A program made the position numbers and the translations under genes. Under the pieces are notes generated by a model. That model saw only the letters and a list, made by a program, of their open reading frames with translations, was not told the origin of the DNA and did no database searches. 64,000 nt of DNA from the human T2T-CHM13v2.0 reference genome, Homo sapiens. The first letter of the stretch is position 1. Every line of letters starts with the position of its first letter. The stretch lies in assembly GCF_009914755.1 (NCBI RefSeq), contig NC_060926.1, one strand, 5' to 3'. This document shows, piece by piece, positions 1 to 12,420 of the stretch.

Positions 1-841
1 ATTTACTTTCTATCCTTCTTGAGCTCATCTATTTAAGGTCTACTTCTTCTGGGATGTGCCAGGAGACTGCACTACTTTCAAGTGGTGGAAATTTCTTAAA
101 AAAAAAAAAAATAAAAATAAGCTGAAGGAAACTTGGAATGAGAATGCACTTGGCTAATTGGTTTGCCATCTAGCACTACCTCTTTCTCTAAGCAGGGAGA
201 ATCAAGCCGCTGTCTGCTTGATGGGGCAGTGGCAGCCTCGTGTAACCTCTGTAGTTATCTTCTGACTACTCAGCTGAATCCACTGCATTCTACATATCTT
301 TCTTATTTAACGTAGAGTATGCATTTAAAAATAATATTTCTGTAAACCTTATCAAGCAAAACATGGCATGACTCGATGCCAAATTATAGTGATGATTATT
401 TTAAGAAGAATCACAGCGCTTTGGCCCAGTTTTTGGAAAATGTGATTAATAGCACTGCCAGTGCCTTCTAGTGAGCCAGCACCACAAACTAGCTATTTGA
501 TTTCATAACACAGTGCTGTTGTGATCACCAAAGCAACACTATCCGTTTAGGTGCTGGATTAGAATCCAGGCGAGTCCGCAGTATAGTCTTTACACTTCAT
601 CAACTTCCACACAGGACATAAATTGCACTAATATAGTAATATACTGAAATCTCAGACCAACTGTTTGTCATCGGATTAGAATGTGATGACACAGAATAAA
701 GATGTGAGACAGAATCTGTGCTGAGGTCTAAATTCACATTGGAAGTCTGGGAAGAGAAGACTGTTTATAAAATTATAGCCCAGGAATTGCTGCCAAAGTC
801 GGCCTTTGGTGCAGCTGTAAGTCGGATGGAATCCACCTTCC

Positions 842-849
842 TGACGTCA
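842..849. promoter_or_regulatory. Full palindromic CRE motif in a locally CpG-retaining segment
   Basis: TGACGTCA with several CpGs in 800-960; motif only, function not shown. Confidence 0.35.
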
Positions 850-1569
850 GACCCACCCACTGGAACACTGCTCCTCTGACTGGGGCTTCCCTGAATGGAA
901 ACTACATGTCATACTGCAAAGTAAGTGCTGTCGTTCTGGAGCTGTCGGCACGATTCGATCTTTGTAGTGGGTTGATTATTTGTTCTTTTCCATCCAGCAA
1001 AAAGGCTATCAGCACACTTGTAGTTTTAGCATTCATATTTTTCATCCCCAAGTTCTGAGTTTTGCTCAAGCTGACAGATTTCTTGAGTTCTACTCCCTAG
1101 GACCTTCACATCTGATGATGGGGTGCTTTTTCATTTTCTTTCCTTCTGTTTTGTATTCTTCAATTCACTTCTTCATCTTCTCTTCCCAGGAAATGATGAC
1201 CTCCTTTGTACAGATTCTGCTACCATAGACAATGTGCATTACCATTTACAAAACCCAAGGATACATTTTGGTTTTCTATTACTTAGAAAAATTGGGGCCA
1301 TACGTAAAGACGCCATGGAATAGGTGTTTATGCAGAAGGTTTGTCTGGACTAAAAACAAAATGAAGTTTGATGTCATTATTTATACATTTCAGAAGCTCC
1401 TAGATTACTATCTTAAAGGTTGTTTTTGTTTTTAATATATGACATTTGAAGTTTCAGTCACAGTGTAAAAAATATTTAAATAAGTTTCAACTGGTTTGCC
1501 AGGGAAGCAGGATGGTAAGGGCGGTAGGCATAGGGCTAACCTAAGCTTCGGCTAATTGCTTTAATACAC

Positions 1570-1720
1570 ATCACACAAGGTGATCCTCATAAAGGGTTAT
1601 ATTATGAATTCAATTATATAAGTAAGAAAACTGGTGTTGAGAGATGTGAAGTGACTTGTCCAAAGTTACCTCCTATGCAGCAGAGTCTACATGACTAGAA
1701 TCCAAGTCTTCTGGCTCATT
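1570..1720 (-). mobile_element. MIR SINE fragment
   Basis: aagaaaactggtgttgagagatgtgaagtgacttgtccaaagtta resembles the reverse-complement MIR core. Confidence 0.6.
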
Positions 1721-1845
1721 TTTGTTTGTATATAATTTATTTGCTTTTATTTTTAATTTTACATAGATAACTATATCACTAAGTAATGTATCATTTAGGT
1801 TTCCATGACATGATGTAAGTGTAGTCATTCCACATGTTACCGGCC

Positions 1846-2297
<452 letters not shown>

Positions 2298-2312
2298 AAC
2301 ATTTTTTAAAAA

Positions 2313-3036
2313 ACACTTTTTGAGGTATAATGGACATACAAAAAGCTGTACATATTTAAAGTATACAACTTGAGTTTAGGGGTAAGTATATACCCATGTA
2401 ACCATTACCACAGTCAATGTCATAAACATGTCCATCACCTCTAAAAGCTTCCTCCCACCCTCTTTATTATTATTGTTTATTGTCATAAGAACACTTGACA
2501 GAAGATCTACCCTTTTAGCAAATTTTTAAATATACCATATAGTATTATTAACTATAGGCACTATTCTGTACAGTAATATATCTCTAGAACTCACTCATCT
2601 TGCATAACTGAAAATTTGTACCCTTTGACCATTACCTCTCTGTTTCTCCCTTCCCCTAGGCCCTGGAAACCATAATTCTCCTTTCTGCTTCTATGAGTTT
2701 GCCTATTTTCGATTTCTCATATAAGTGAGACTGTGCAGTATTTATCCTCCTGTGTCTCACTTACTTCACTTAGCATAACATTCTCCAGATTCATCCATGT
2801 CATCACCAATGGCAGTATCTCTTTCTTTTAAGGTTGGATAATATTCCATTGTATGTATAGGCCACGTTTCCCTTATCCTTTGATCCAATGATAGACATTT
2901 AGGTTGTTTCCACGTCTTGGTTATTGTAAATAATGCTGAGATGGACATGGGAAGGCAGATATCTTTTCAAGACCTTGATTTCACTTCTTTCGATATATAC
3001 CCAGAAATGAGATTGCTGGATCGTATGGTACCCCGA

Positions 3037-3067
<31 letters not shown>

Positions 3068-3832
3068 TAGGAATTTCTGTACTGTTTTTCATAGGGTCTG
3101 CATTAATCTACATTTCCACTAACTGTGTACAAAGGTTCCCTTTTCTCCACACTGTCACCAAAATTTGTTCTTTTCGTCTTTTTTATAATAGACCTTCTAA
3201 CTGGTATGAGAGGATATCGCACTGTGATTTTGATTTGCATGTCTCTGATGGTTAGTGACATTGAGCACCTTTTAATATACCTGTTGGTCATCTGTACCTC
3301 TTCTGTGGAGAAACATCTATTCAGTTCCTTTGCCCATTATTTTAATTGGGTTATTTGGGTTTTTGCTAATGTGTTCTTCATATATTTGGGGCATTAACCC
3401 TTTATCGGATATGGTTTGCAAATATTTTCTCCCAATCTCTAGGTTATCTTCTCATTTTGTTGTTTGCTTTGCTGTGCAGAAACTTTTCAGTTTGATGTAA
3501 TCCCACTTGTCAATTTTTGCTTTTGCTCTCTGTGCTTTTAGTTGTCATATCAAAGAAATCATTGCCAAGGTCAATGTCAATAAGGCTTTTCCTTATTTTT
3601 TCTGGGAGTTTTATGGTTTCAGGACTCACATTTAAGTCTTTAATTCGTTTCAAGTTCATTTTTGTGTATTGTGTAAGGTAAGGGTCCAGTTTTATTCTTT
3701 TGCATGTGGATATCCAGTTTGCCCAATTTCAGTTTTTGAAAAGTCTATCTCTTTCCCATTGCACATTCTTGGCACCTTTGTCAAATATCAGTTAACCATA
3801 TGTGCCTGTGTTTATTTCTAGGCTCTTCTAAC
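2313..3832 (-). mobile_element. L1 (L1MA9/L1MB1-like) 3' end plus ORF2 C-terminal remnant
   Basis: Typical L1M 3'UTR (tgaggtataatggacatacaaaaagctg). Minus ORFs 2766-2948 (ALFTITKTWKQPKC) and 3103-3291 (KRCSMSLTIRDMQIK) are L1 ORF2p motifs. Confidence 0.92.
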
Positions 3833-4500
3833 TGTTAATTCAAAATTCTACCTCCAATAAATCATTTATATGTTAGAGCCTGGTACTTGGTTACAAACAA
3901 AAACATCCATAGATTCAGGGCAGTGAATTAGAATTGCCTAGTCTCAACTACATTTTTAGAAGTCAGTGAATGTAACTTTTTCATATTGCACAAACTCTTA
4001 ATTGCTATAGTCAAGCAGCTGATAATTATGGATTGGCTTGTTAATATTTATTCCTAACCATTTCTTGAGCATCTGCTATGTGCCAGGCTCTCTGCTAGCT
4101 TATAAACCATTAATGAATACAGTATGCTTTGTATTAAAGTATCACCCCAGATGCTTTAAAATGAACTGATTATTCTAGCTGCTGAAAGATTATTACAAAT
4201 TGATAATTTGTTTTATAATTGATTCTTGGTCTGCAGGATCAGTGAAGAGACAGTCCACCACCATATATACATAAGTGTTCCACCATTTATTCCAAGGGTG
4301 GAGTATCAAGATGGGGATCCTTTGTAATATCAGTGTTGAAATAGAGTAGGAAAACCTAAAATAGGAAACAAATTCATGAAAATGCTAAGGAGATATAATC
4401 AAATCATTAGGTTACAGCACACGTGTTTAGGGGTCAGGAGATATTGACTCTGAACAGTCATGTGAGTCTGCAGGTCAATTTTAAATTGAGGAGAGCAGAA

Positions 4501-4820
4501 TTTTTTATCTTTTTATTTTTTATTTTTTTTAGAGACAGGGTCTTGCTCTATCACTCAGGCCAGAGTGTCATGGAGCAATTACAGCTCACTGCAGCATTTA
4601 ACTTCTGGACTCAAGGGATCCTCCCATCTCAGCCTTCCAAATAGCTAAGACTACAGGCATGCACCACCATTTCCAGCTAATTTTCATTTTTATTTTTTAT
4701 TTTTGTAGAGACAGGGTCTCACTATGTTGCCCAGGCTGGTCTCAAATTCCTTCTCAAGTGATCCTCCCACCTCAACCTCCCAAAGTGCTGGGATTGCAGG
4801 CATGAGCCACTGCACCCAGC
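4501..4820 (-). mobile_element. AluJ
   Basis: Diverged dimeric Alu with J-type features (gagacagggtctcactatgttgcccagg). Confidence 0.9.
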
Positions 4821-5935
4821 AGAAATTCTTAACGAGGCAAGGCCAACAGAGGCCATTCATTCAACATCACGGCACCATAGTGGCCTCTTTTTAAGACTCC
4901 TCAGGCAAGTAGAACTTATTTGTCTCAAAGACATTGTATCATGAACCCAATGTCTAAACTTTCACATGTGTGTTTTGAAGGATGTTTTTAAGGAAAGAAA
5001 AATTTCTGTTGTATAAATTATTAAAATAAAAGTTGCTGTGGTGATCTTTACTTTTGTTTCATTCCCTGGAATTAACCACGGGCTCAAGACGTTCCTCAAG
5101 ATGCTATTGCCCTTATAGAATTCTTTTCTCCCCGAACTTCAGATGCTCTTCTGCTATAATAAATATCCATGACTTTTGGATTTGGAAAGTCCAAAACTGT
5201 TATCACATGCCCTCTGTGTACTTATAACATGTACCTTTAAAGATTTTCTCCTTAAACAAATAGCTGTCTTTCACATCACACTTTTACCCCAGCGTTTTCT
5301 GATATTATTACTTGTAACTCTAAAGAGTTATAATTATGGTGCCTGTCTCCTTAAAGGCAGCAGAGATAGAATAATTTTCATTTGTGATGTTCCAATACAT
5401 TATTTTACCAAAGTCTTTGGCTAATCTAATTGCCACTGAAATTCAAATTAGATAATTCACAAGAAAATAATTATCTATATGTGCTGTGCCTATATGGCAC
5501 CCTGTGAGGCTAACCAGTAATCTGCTTTATTTCATCAATGTCTGTAACTCACATCCCTTTATGTTCAGCATTGTGCCATGAATTAAATACTCCAATTTTG
5601 GAATTTATTTTACAAAAATGCCCTCTTTGACCCTAGCTGTATAAGATGGGGATAAGGAGACTATGAAGGATAGAAATAATGTGACAATTTATCTTCAGCC
5701 AATGGCACAGCTTCTATCAACCAAAAAAAAAAAAGGTACTGAAAACTATTCTGTTATATACAAGAGAAAGTGATCATGGGGGAGGGCTCAACAACAGTTG
5801 GCAAAGTTACTCAAATAGGGAGTCTTTGAGGGAAACAATGTTGCCTCCAAAACTAAACATTTTCACACCAGTGTTTACAGGAAAACAGCTGTGTACCTAG
5901 CTCCCTTATAATGTGGCACAAATATCTCACCCTCA

Positions 5936-6507
5936 GCTTCAGTTATTCATTGCTATATAACAAACTACCTCAAAATTTAATGGTTTTAACTACCACAATT
6001 TTATTTGCTCACAATTCTGTGGGCCAGAAATTTAGGGAGTGTTCAGCAGGGCCATTCTTCTGTTCTGTATGGCATCAGCTAGAGTTGGAATGTCCAAGAT
6101 GGCTGCCATGTGGCTGCATCCAGCTGACAGCTGAAATAGGCTGGAAAGTCCAAAAACGTTTCACTCATATGTCTGGGGCCTTCATGTACCTCCATGTAGC
6201 CTCTCTTTCTTCCATGCAGCTAGTTTGAGCTTCATTACAGCAAGGTGAACCAACATCTTACATGGTATCTAGGTTCCACAAGGAGTAAAAGTAGAAAGTA
6301 TAGATCTCCTAAGCTCCAGGCTTCAAATCCACAAGGAGTAAAAGTAGAAAGTATAGATCTCCTAAGCTCCAGGCTTCAAAGTTACATAGGGTTACTTCTG
6401 CCACAAAACAACAGGCATAAGATTCATGGAGATGAAGAGATAGATTACTTCTGTAGAGAAGAAGAGGGACAAAAGGAATCCAGATCTCTGTTTTGCAGTC
6501 TACCACA
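5936..6507 (-). mobile_element. MLT1 (MLT1H-like) ERVL-MaLR solo LTR
   Basis: Begins ttcagttattcattgctatataacaaactacc...tttgctcacaattctgtggg and ends gtctaccaca. Confidence 0.75.
6275..6380. repeat. Perfect 53-bp tandem duplication (2 copies)
   Basis: tccacaaggagtaaaagtagaaagtatagatctcctaagctccaggcttcaaa at 6275-6327 and 6328-6380. Confidence 0.97.
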
Positions 6508-7364
6508 CCTATCAACCTAGAGTGTCATCATTCATCAGGTCAAGCTAAAGCACCAAAATTTAACTCCCCTTCTTAATTTTTGAACCATTTTCTCTGCCTT
6601 CCAGGATCCCTAAAACCTGAAATCCAAACAGTTTAATGATACCGAATGTTTCAAATTAGTGTCTGTCTTATTGTTCTTGGTAGTTGGGGAAGGGATCAAT
6701 ATTAATGAAGAGAGAAGCAGCAAATATTGTTAATGAGGATAAACTAGGAGAGACCCAGTTACTGCAGGGATGTGTTTCAGCATGCATTGAATAAAATGAC
6801 ACAGGGTATGAAAGCCTGAGTCTTTGATGCACCCACAATAATAACAACCCCAAAGTTAGCACTATGGGTAAATTTTAATAGACGATGTCTTACAAAAAGC
6901 TCTTTGCGTGAAATGCAGCCCAAAGACTAAATTAGAGCCAAAGCCCCAGTCAGTTAACTGTGCTATAACATGTGAAGAATTGATTTTCTTATTTTCAGCT
7001 GTCAGACCTGCTACAAAGAATGAGTTTTAATTCTGGGGATGTTATTAAACTCCTTGCTTAACTGGCAGAAAAATGGAACTGCTAGCTGGGTGACAGTAGA
7101 GCTGCTGTCGGATTGAATGACACCTGTCAGAGTATGATGAATGACCCTGTCTTCCCCACAATCCCCTGTTCTGTCACTCAGGTGAGGCCCATTAATCTTC
7201 ATCCTGGGCCTGTCAGGCTAGGCACCCATGACGACAAAATGTCTTGAAGCATTTACCCCCAAGATGCACGGAACAATACGATCTTCTCATTGTCAGAGCC
7301 ACGTGGAATTAGCATAATTTATTATGACTTCCATCCCCCTCACTCTCTACCTCTATCACCACCC

Positions 7365-7680
7365 CCAAAAAAGCAAGTGGGGGCTAGATGGGATTAGACA
7401 GATGGAGTGTAGGACCAGACTGCCAACTACCAAACCCCCTGCAGTGCCTGATGATTGGGGGGAGCATCTCTACAAACCAATCAAAAAGCTGGCAGTTCAA
7501 TTACAGAGTAATAAAGGGACATTCATCATTCAATTAGGCACCTGTCATGGTTTCACAAAAGGGAAAACTTCTAACCTGAGACTCCTGGGAGAAGATGATA
7601 CAACCAGGAGACAGGGAAATAAATGAAAAAAGGGACAAAGTCAATTACTGGCCAACCAGACAAAAGGATATATGTTTAAA
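7365..7680 (+). mobile_element. Degenerate CR1/L3 LINE RT fragment
   Basis: Translation shows collinear CR1 ORF2 motifs KS..GLDGI, VPDDW...PIKK and HGFTKGK.SNL. Confidence 0.55.
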
Positions 7681-10600
7681 AAATAAAGTTGGGCGGGGGC
7701 TGGTTCTCCCCAGGCAAAAATCAGAAAAGTTAGATGACCTTATCTAGATTAAGAAGGGCTAATATTAAAAGTAGCATGGTGCCCTCTTCTATGGTACATC
7801 TCATGATTGAATTTTCCCTTTAGGAGCTGCCAAGGAAACTGAATTTTCTAAGAAAAAAAATATCAGGAGGAAACAGTAACTCTGTTACTCAAAAGCATTG
7901 TTCTTTAAATAACTAAGACATGAGGGTGAAGAGGAGATAGCCTAAGTGGACATTCAACTTTGATGCTTTACTGTATTGAGGAGGAATGAGCCCAAATGAC
8001 ATTTTGAAAATATTATGCCCTGCTAGTGACTGGAAATAACAGTTGACAAATTTAATTTCTTAGCAAGTGTATGTGATGGTAATTGAAGCCAGAATATAGT
8101 TTCCAATGGGAAAAATTTCCATTTTGAGCAGGGGAGGGATGTAGAATTTTTTCTTATGGTCTAACGGTTATTTTCTATCTTCATTTATATTAAAGGTTCC
8201 AGATAGATTTCATCACTCAAGATAAGCAAATGAACCACAGAATTTTGAAGTTAGAGGTAATTACAGCAATGATCTTAGCCAGCCCCATACATTTTGGGAC
8301 ACACAGGTTCAGGACTGCCTGCCCTGGAGCTGATTCCATAAGATACCCAGTAAGTAAGTCCCTGTCAGGAACTGGACATAACACCCCTCACCTCAACTGC
8401 TGTGCTCACTCCACAGCTCAGCACAACTTTGAATTATTATCTCAAAGACTTTTAAAACAACAACAAAACACTTCCGAGAAAAAAATCTAGCAAAGTTTCT
8501 CATGTTGTAAAACAGTTATAGGTTAAGTAAATTAAAATATTTCTATTTTGAAAGGCAGTTTTCATGCTATCACTTTTCTAAAATTGATTGTTCATTCTAA
8601 TAACCTTTCTCTATAGATTGTCAAGAGGCAGATTTATAATACATGTATTAATTATTTTCATAGTGACTCAAGCCATGAGTTTCAGTGTACTTGACCATCA
8701 TGTGTCATCTTTCCAGGCACCAGGCTTTTAGGCGTGGCTTTGAAAGGCCCTCTGATGTTATCATGCGCCTTCTATTTTATTTCAGGGAAAAGAGAGTACC
8801 TTTTTCCTTCTCCTTTTCTTTCTTTGTTTTCTTTATTCTTAAATTCTTTTTTATTTTCTTATTTTTTATTTGAAAAGATACTTGATATTTAATCTAGATA
8901 AACTACACAACCAAGGTGAGGTTAATTTTGAGAATAAATACTCAAGAAAATGTAAGTTTCTGTATAGAGAAGGGTGATGCTTCACTCAGGCTTTTGTGGA
9001 CATACTGGACAATGATATTCTTAACCTTTAAGATCCGTAGTGGGGAAGAAAAATATATGTCATATATGAAGCCCATAGGTATGTGTGTCTATATGTGTAC
9101 ACATACACGTTATATCTTAGATACCCACACACATACTACACACTGTAAATATATTCCTTTCTATTTTAGTTTTGAAGCTTCATCTGCTGCAAAACATAAA
9201 AAAGCAAGGCAGAGTCAACCTCAATTTGTTGTATACTAAGATATATTGGCAAGCCCTCTCTGCTCTTTTTTCAGAAGCCCTTAAATGTCATATCCTAAAA
9301 TCAGTAAGATGGGTCATTCCATCCAGAATGTATTTATCAGTTTAATAGGCCTCTAAAATATATTGTCAATTCCATTGGAGGAAGTGGAATAGAGAGGAGA
9401 GAAAATGACTTTTGCTCCCTCCTTTCCCCATCTCTATCCTCCTGGTTAGAGTCAAGCTGATGCATTTTTAAGTCCAAAAGAGAGTGTAGCATTTTTTTCC
9501 AAGTTTACATTTTTTCTATTGGGAAAATAGAAAGATTAAAGGATGAACAGTAAAAATTACCAAGGTCGTAGTAACTCAGAAGTAAAAACTTCTAAGACTG
9601 AGGAGTGTATTTTTAAGCCCAGGATTAAATCTCTAACTAGTGACGAAATCTCAATAAATTTTCATCGGTGCAAATAGCATGAAGATTTAGAAGAAGAATT
9701 GAATCTAATAAGGTTTTATACATAATTAAAATACACAAAAAGTTATACATTTTGTTTATGTGGAAATTTGCCTCACAAGACCCATGTGTGTGATGGTGGC
9801 AGGACACTCCGCCAGGCACAGAAGGCCTAATTATTGCCACAAACAAGCTGTGAGATGCCAGGTGGCCATTTCATTTCTTGGGGCTTTAGTCTACGCATTT
9901 TTAAAAGAAAAGAATTGGACCAAATCATCTCAAGATACTTTGTACCTAAAATCATTTGATTTTCTAATTTATATCCTTAAATTGCATTTTCAGAATGACC
10001 CACTCTGTTTTGATGAAGAAGCTAGTGATTGTTGGAGGCCAGCCTCTAATTAGACCTCCAAAAATTAGAGATTGTATCCTGTTTAATCACATACAGTCAG
10101 TATAAAGTGTATATTATAGATATTATAGATAACACAGAAAGAACCTATTGACTCTCACCCTCTGAGAGCTTCCCATTGCTCCCTCTGGGAATGGCAAAGC
10201 TGGACTCAGTACCCACCACTTATATCAATTGCCTGAGCTTAAAGTGCCTCAAGGACCAGCAGTTCAATTCCATCTTTAACATGTAAAGCTAAACTGAAAT
10301 TAGGTAAAAATTAATACTGTATATAAGACATGGCAAATCAGTCACAAGGTAGCTATTCTTTAACACAACCATACTGCTATTTTAATAATTTAAAAAGTTT
10401 AAGTTGAATTTAAATTATTTCTTTACCAGAAAGCTCAAATGAGAAAAAAAAAATCCAAGAGCTTAAAGCCAGGGTTTCCAATATATTTTATACCATGACA
10501 TACACAGAAAATGATTAGAAACTAAAAATCTATCCACTGAAAGACACATCATTACTTTATATATCCCTAAAAAAGAGAAAACCATTTTTCCCACCTCTAA

Positions 10601-12107
10601 TTGAAGAGCTTCACTTCAGACAGGTTTCATCTATTTGTGAGCATCTTCCTTTCTTCAAAACTCGCAAAGTATTTGTCTGTTCATCACTTCTGTGACTTAC
10701 TTTCCTTTATCAACATCACATTTATACCTACTTCTCTGTTTCCCTGCCTTTCCATGTACATAATAACTGTTTTGTTTCAATGCTGAATCATAGTGTATTT
10801 TACTGAAGACACTTTAAGGGAAACTCAACCCAATGCGAGCAGTACAATGCACATCACTCAACTGAAGTTTGTATAATATGAACAGCTGTGACCAGGTTTT
10901 GGCATGTGCAGGCAATAACAACTACCTTATCACTGCCACCTGGCCAAAAGCAATTGTAAAATATTTATGGGGAAACACATTCCAATTTCAGAAATGTTAA
11001 ATGAGAGAAAAAAAAACATGCATTTTAGAATCCATGATGTAAGATCAATGGATAAGGCCTCTCTTGGTGCAGAACAAACAGCTGGAGGGTCTCAACCATC
11101 CCAGCCCAGCTAGGTGCCCCAAGGAGTAAGGACAGCAATAGCCCAAGCACTTATAACCCATTCTCAGCATGACTGACTGATGAGAGCCAACATGAAGGTC
11201 TATAGAGAGAACTTCCAGACAATGCTTCTCTAGATACAACCCCATAGAATTGCAACTTAGTTGAGATTTAACAAGAATCCATTTGGCAAAAGTCTCCAAT
11301 CACCTTTGGCTTTGCAGCCTGCCTGCCAAAGCTGAACAATTATATCCCCATATTCTTAACTCTTTTATTCATTCTAATCATTTGGATCTTTGCTCTCTTT
11401 TCTAGTATTTGAGTAGTCATAACCAGTTGGAGATAATGCTGGGGGATGGAATGTCAAGACAGTTCCTCACACCCATCTATGCCTTGCCTCCCCTTGTCAA
11501 TCTGCCTTTCAGGTAGTGCTACCTCTACCATTCATCATCCCACCTGCCCAGGACAAATGACAAACACTTGCAGTCTTTGTTTTTTTTCTAGCCTCACTAT
11601 CTGTATGGGGTAATAACCTTGATCAGCATCACAACCTCCAGCACTTCTCTTCCTGAAGAAGGGAAACTGGCTTCCTGATTGACCCTGAGCAAGTGAACCA
11701 AATAATATACTTAGTACAAGCTCAGCTGCTGTCCCATTCCAAAGCTCCCTCCCCATTAAGCACATTGGTCTTCACTCAGAAAAGCTCACTGAAATTCTCC
11801 TCTCACTTGTATAAAACACAATTCTGTGCCTAAAACTATGGTTGATTGTGGTAAGTAATTTCTTTAAAACAAATTATTAAAATAAGCATATATAGAACTG
11901 ATTACCACAGAGACTTAGTGAGTATTCTACACCAAGCTTACAGACACATCTTCACCTGAATGACCCAGATTGTAAACGTAGAATTCTGTTTTGTTCTGTT
12001 TCATTTAGCTTCCTCTGGAACATGCAGGCAGTGCTTAGGCCTCAGCCTCACAATCTTCTTGACTATAGATAGACAGGGCTGAATATTAGGCATAACTGAG
12101 CACCCGT

Positions 12108-12420
12108 ATTCATTCATTTATGCATTGACTCATTTCCTTATTCAGTAACTGTCTGTTACATATCAGGCATTCTCTAGGAATTCACAATCTAATGGGAAAG
12201 AATCATACATAAATAGATAATTATAACACAGTGTGATTATCAGCGCAATGTACAGACAAACCCAGAGCATGAAGGAGGCAAAAAGTCGGGGTGCCCTAAT
12301 TCCCTGACACTCCCAGAAGTTACACTTCCCCTGTAGCAGACTTCCATTATCATATTTGATATCCTGGATGAGTATTGAGAAGAGATGGTGTTTGAGCAGA
12401 GGAAAAGGAAACTGTAGAAC
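12108..12420 (-). mobile_element. L2 LINE 3' fragments
   Basis: ttcattcatttatgcatt...ggaattcacaatctaatggg...ataattataacacagtgtgat matches the antisense L2 3' end. Confidence 0.6.
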
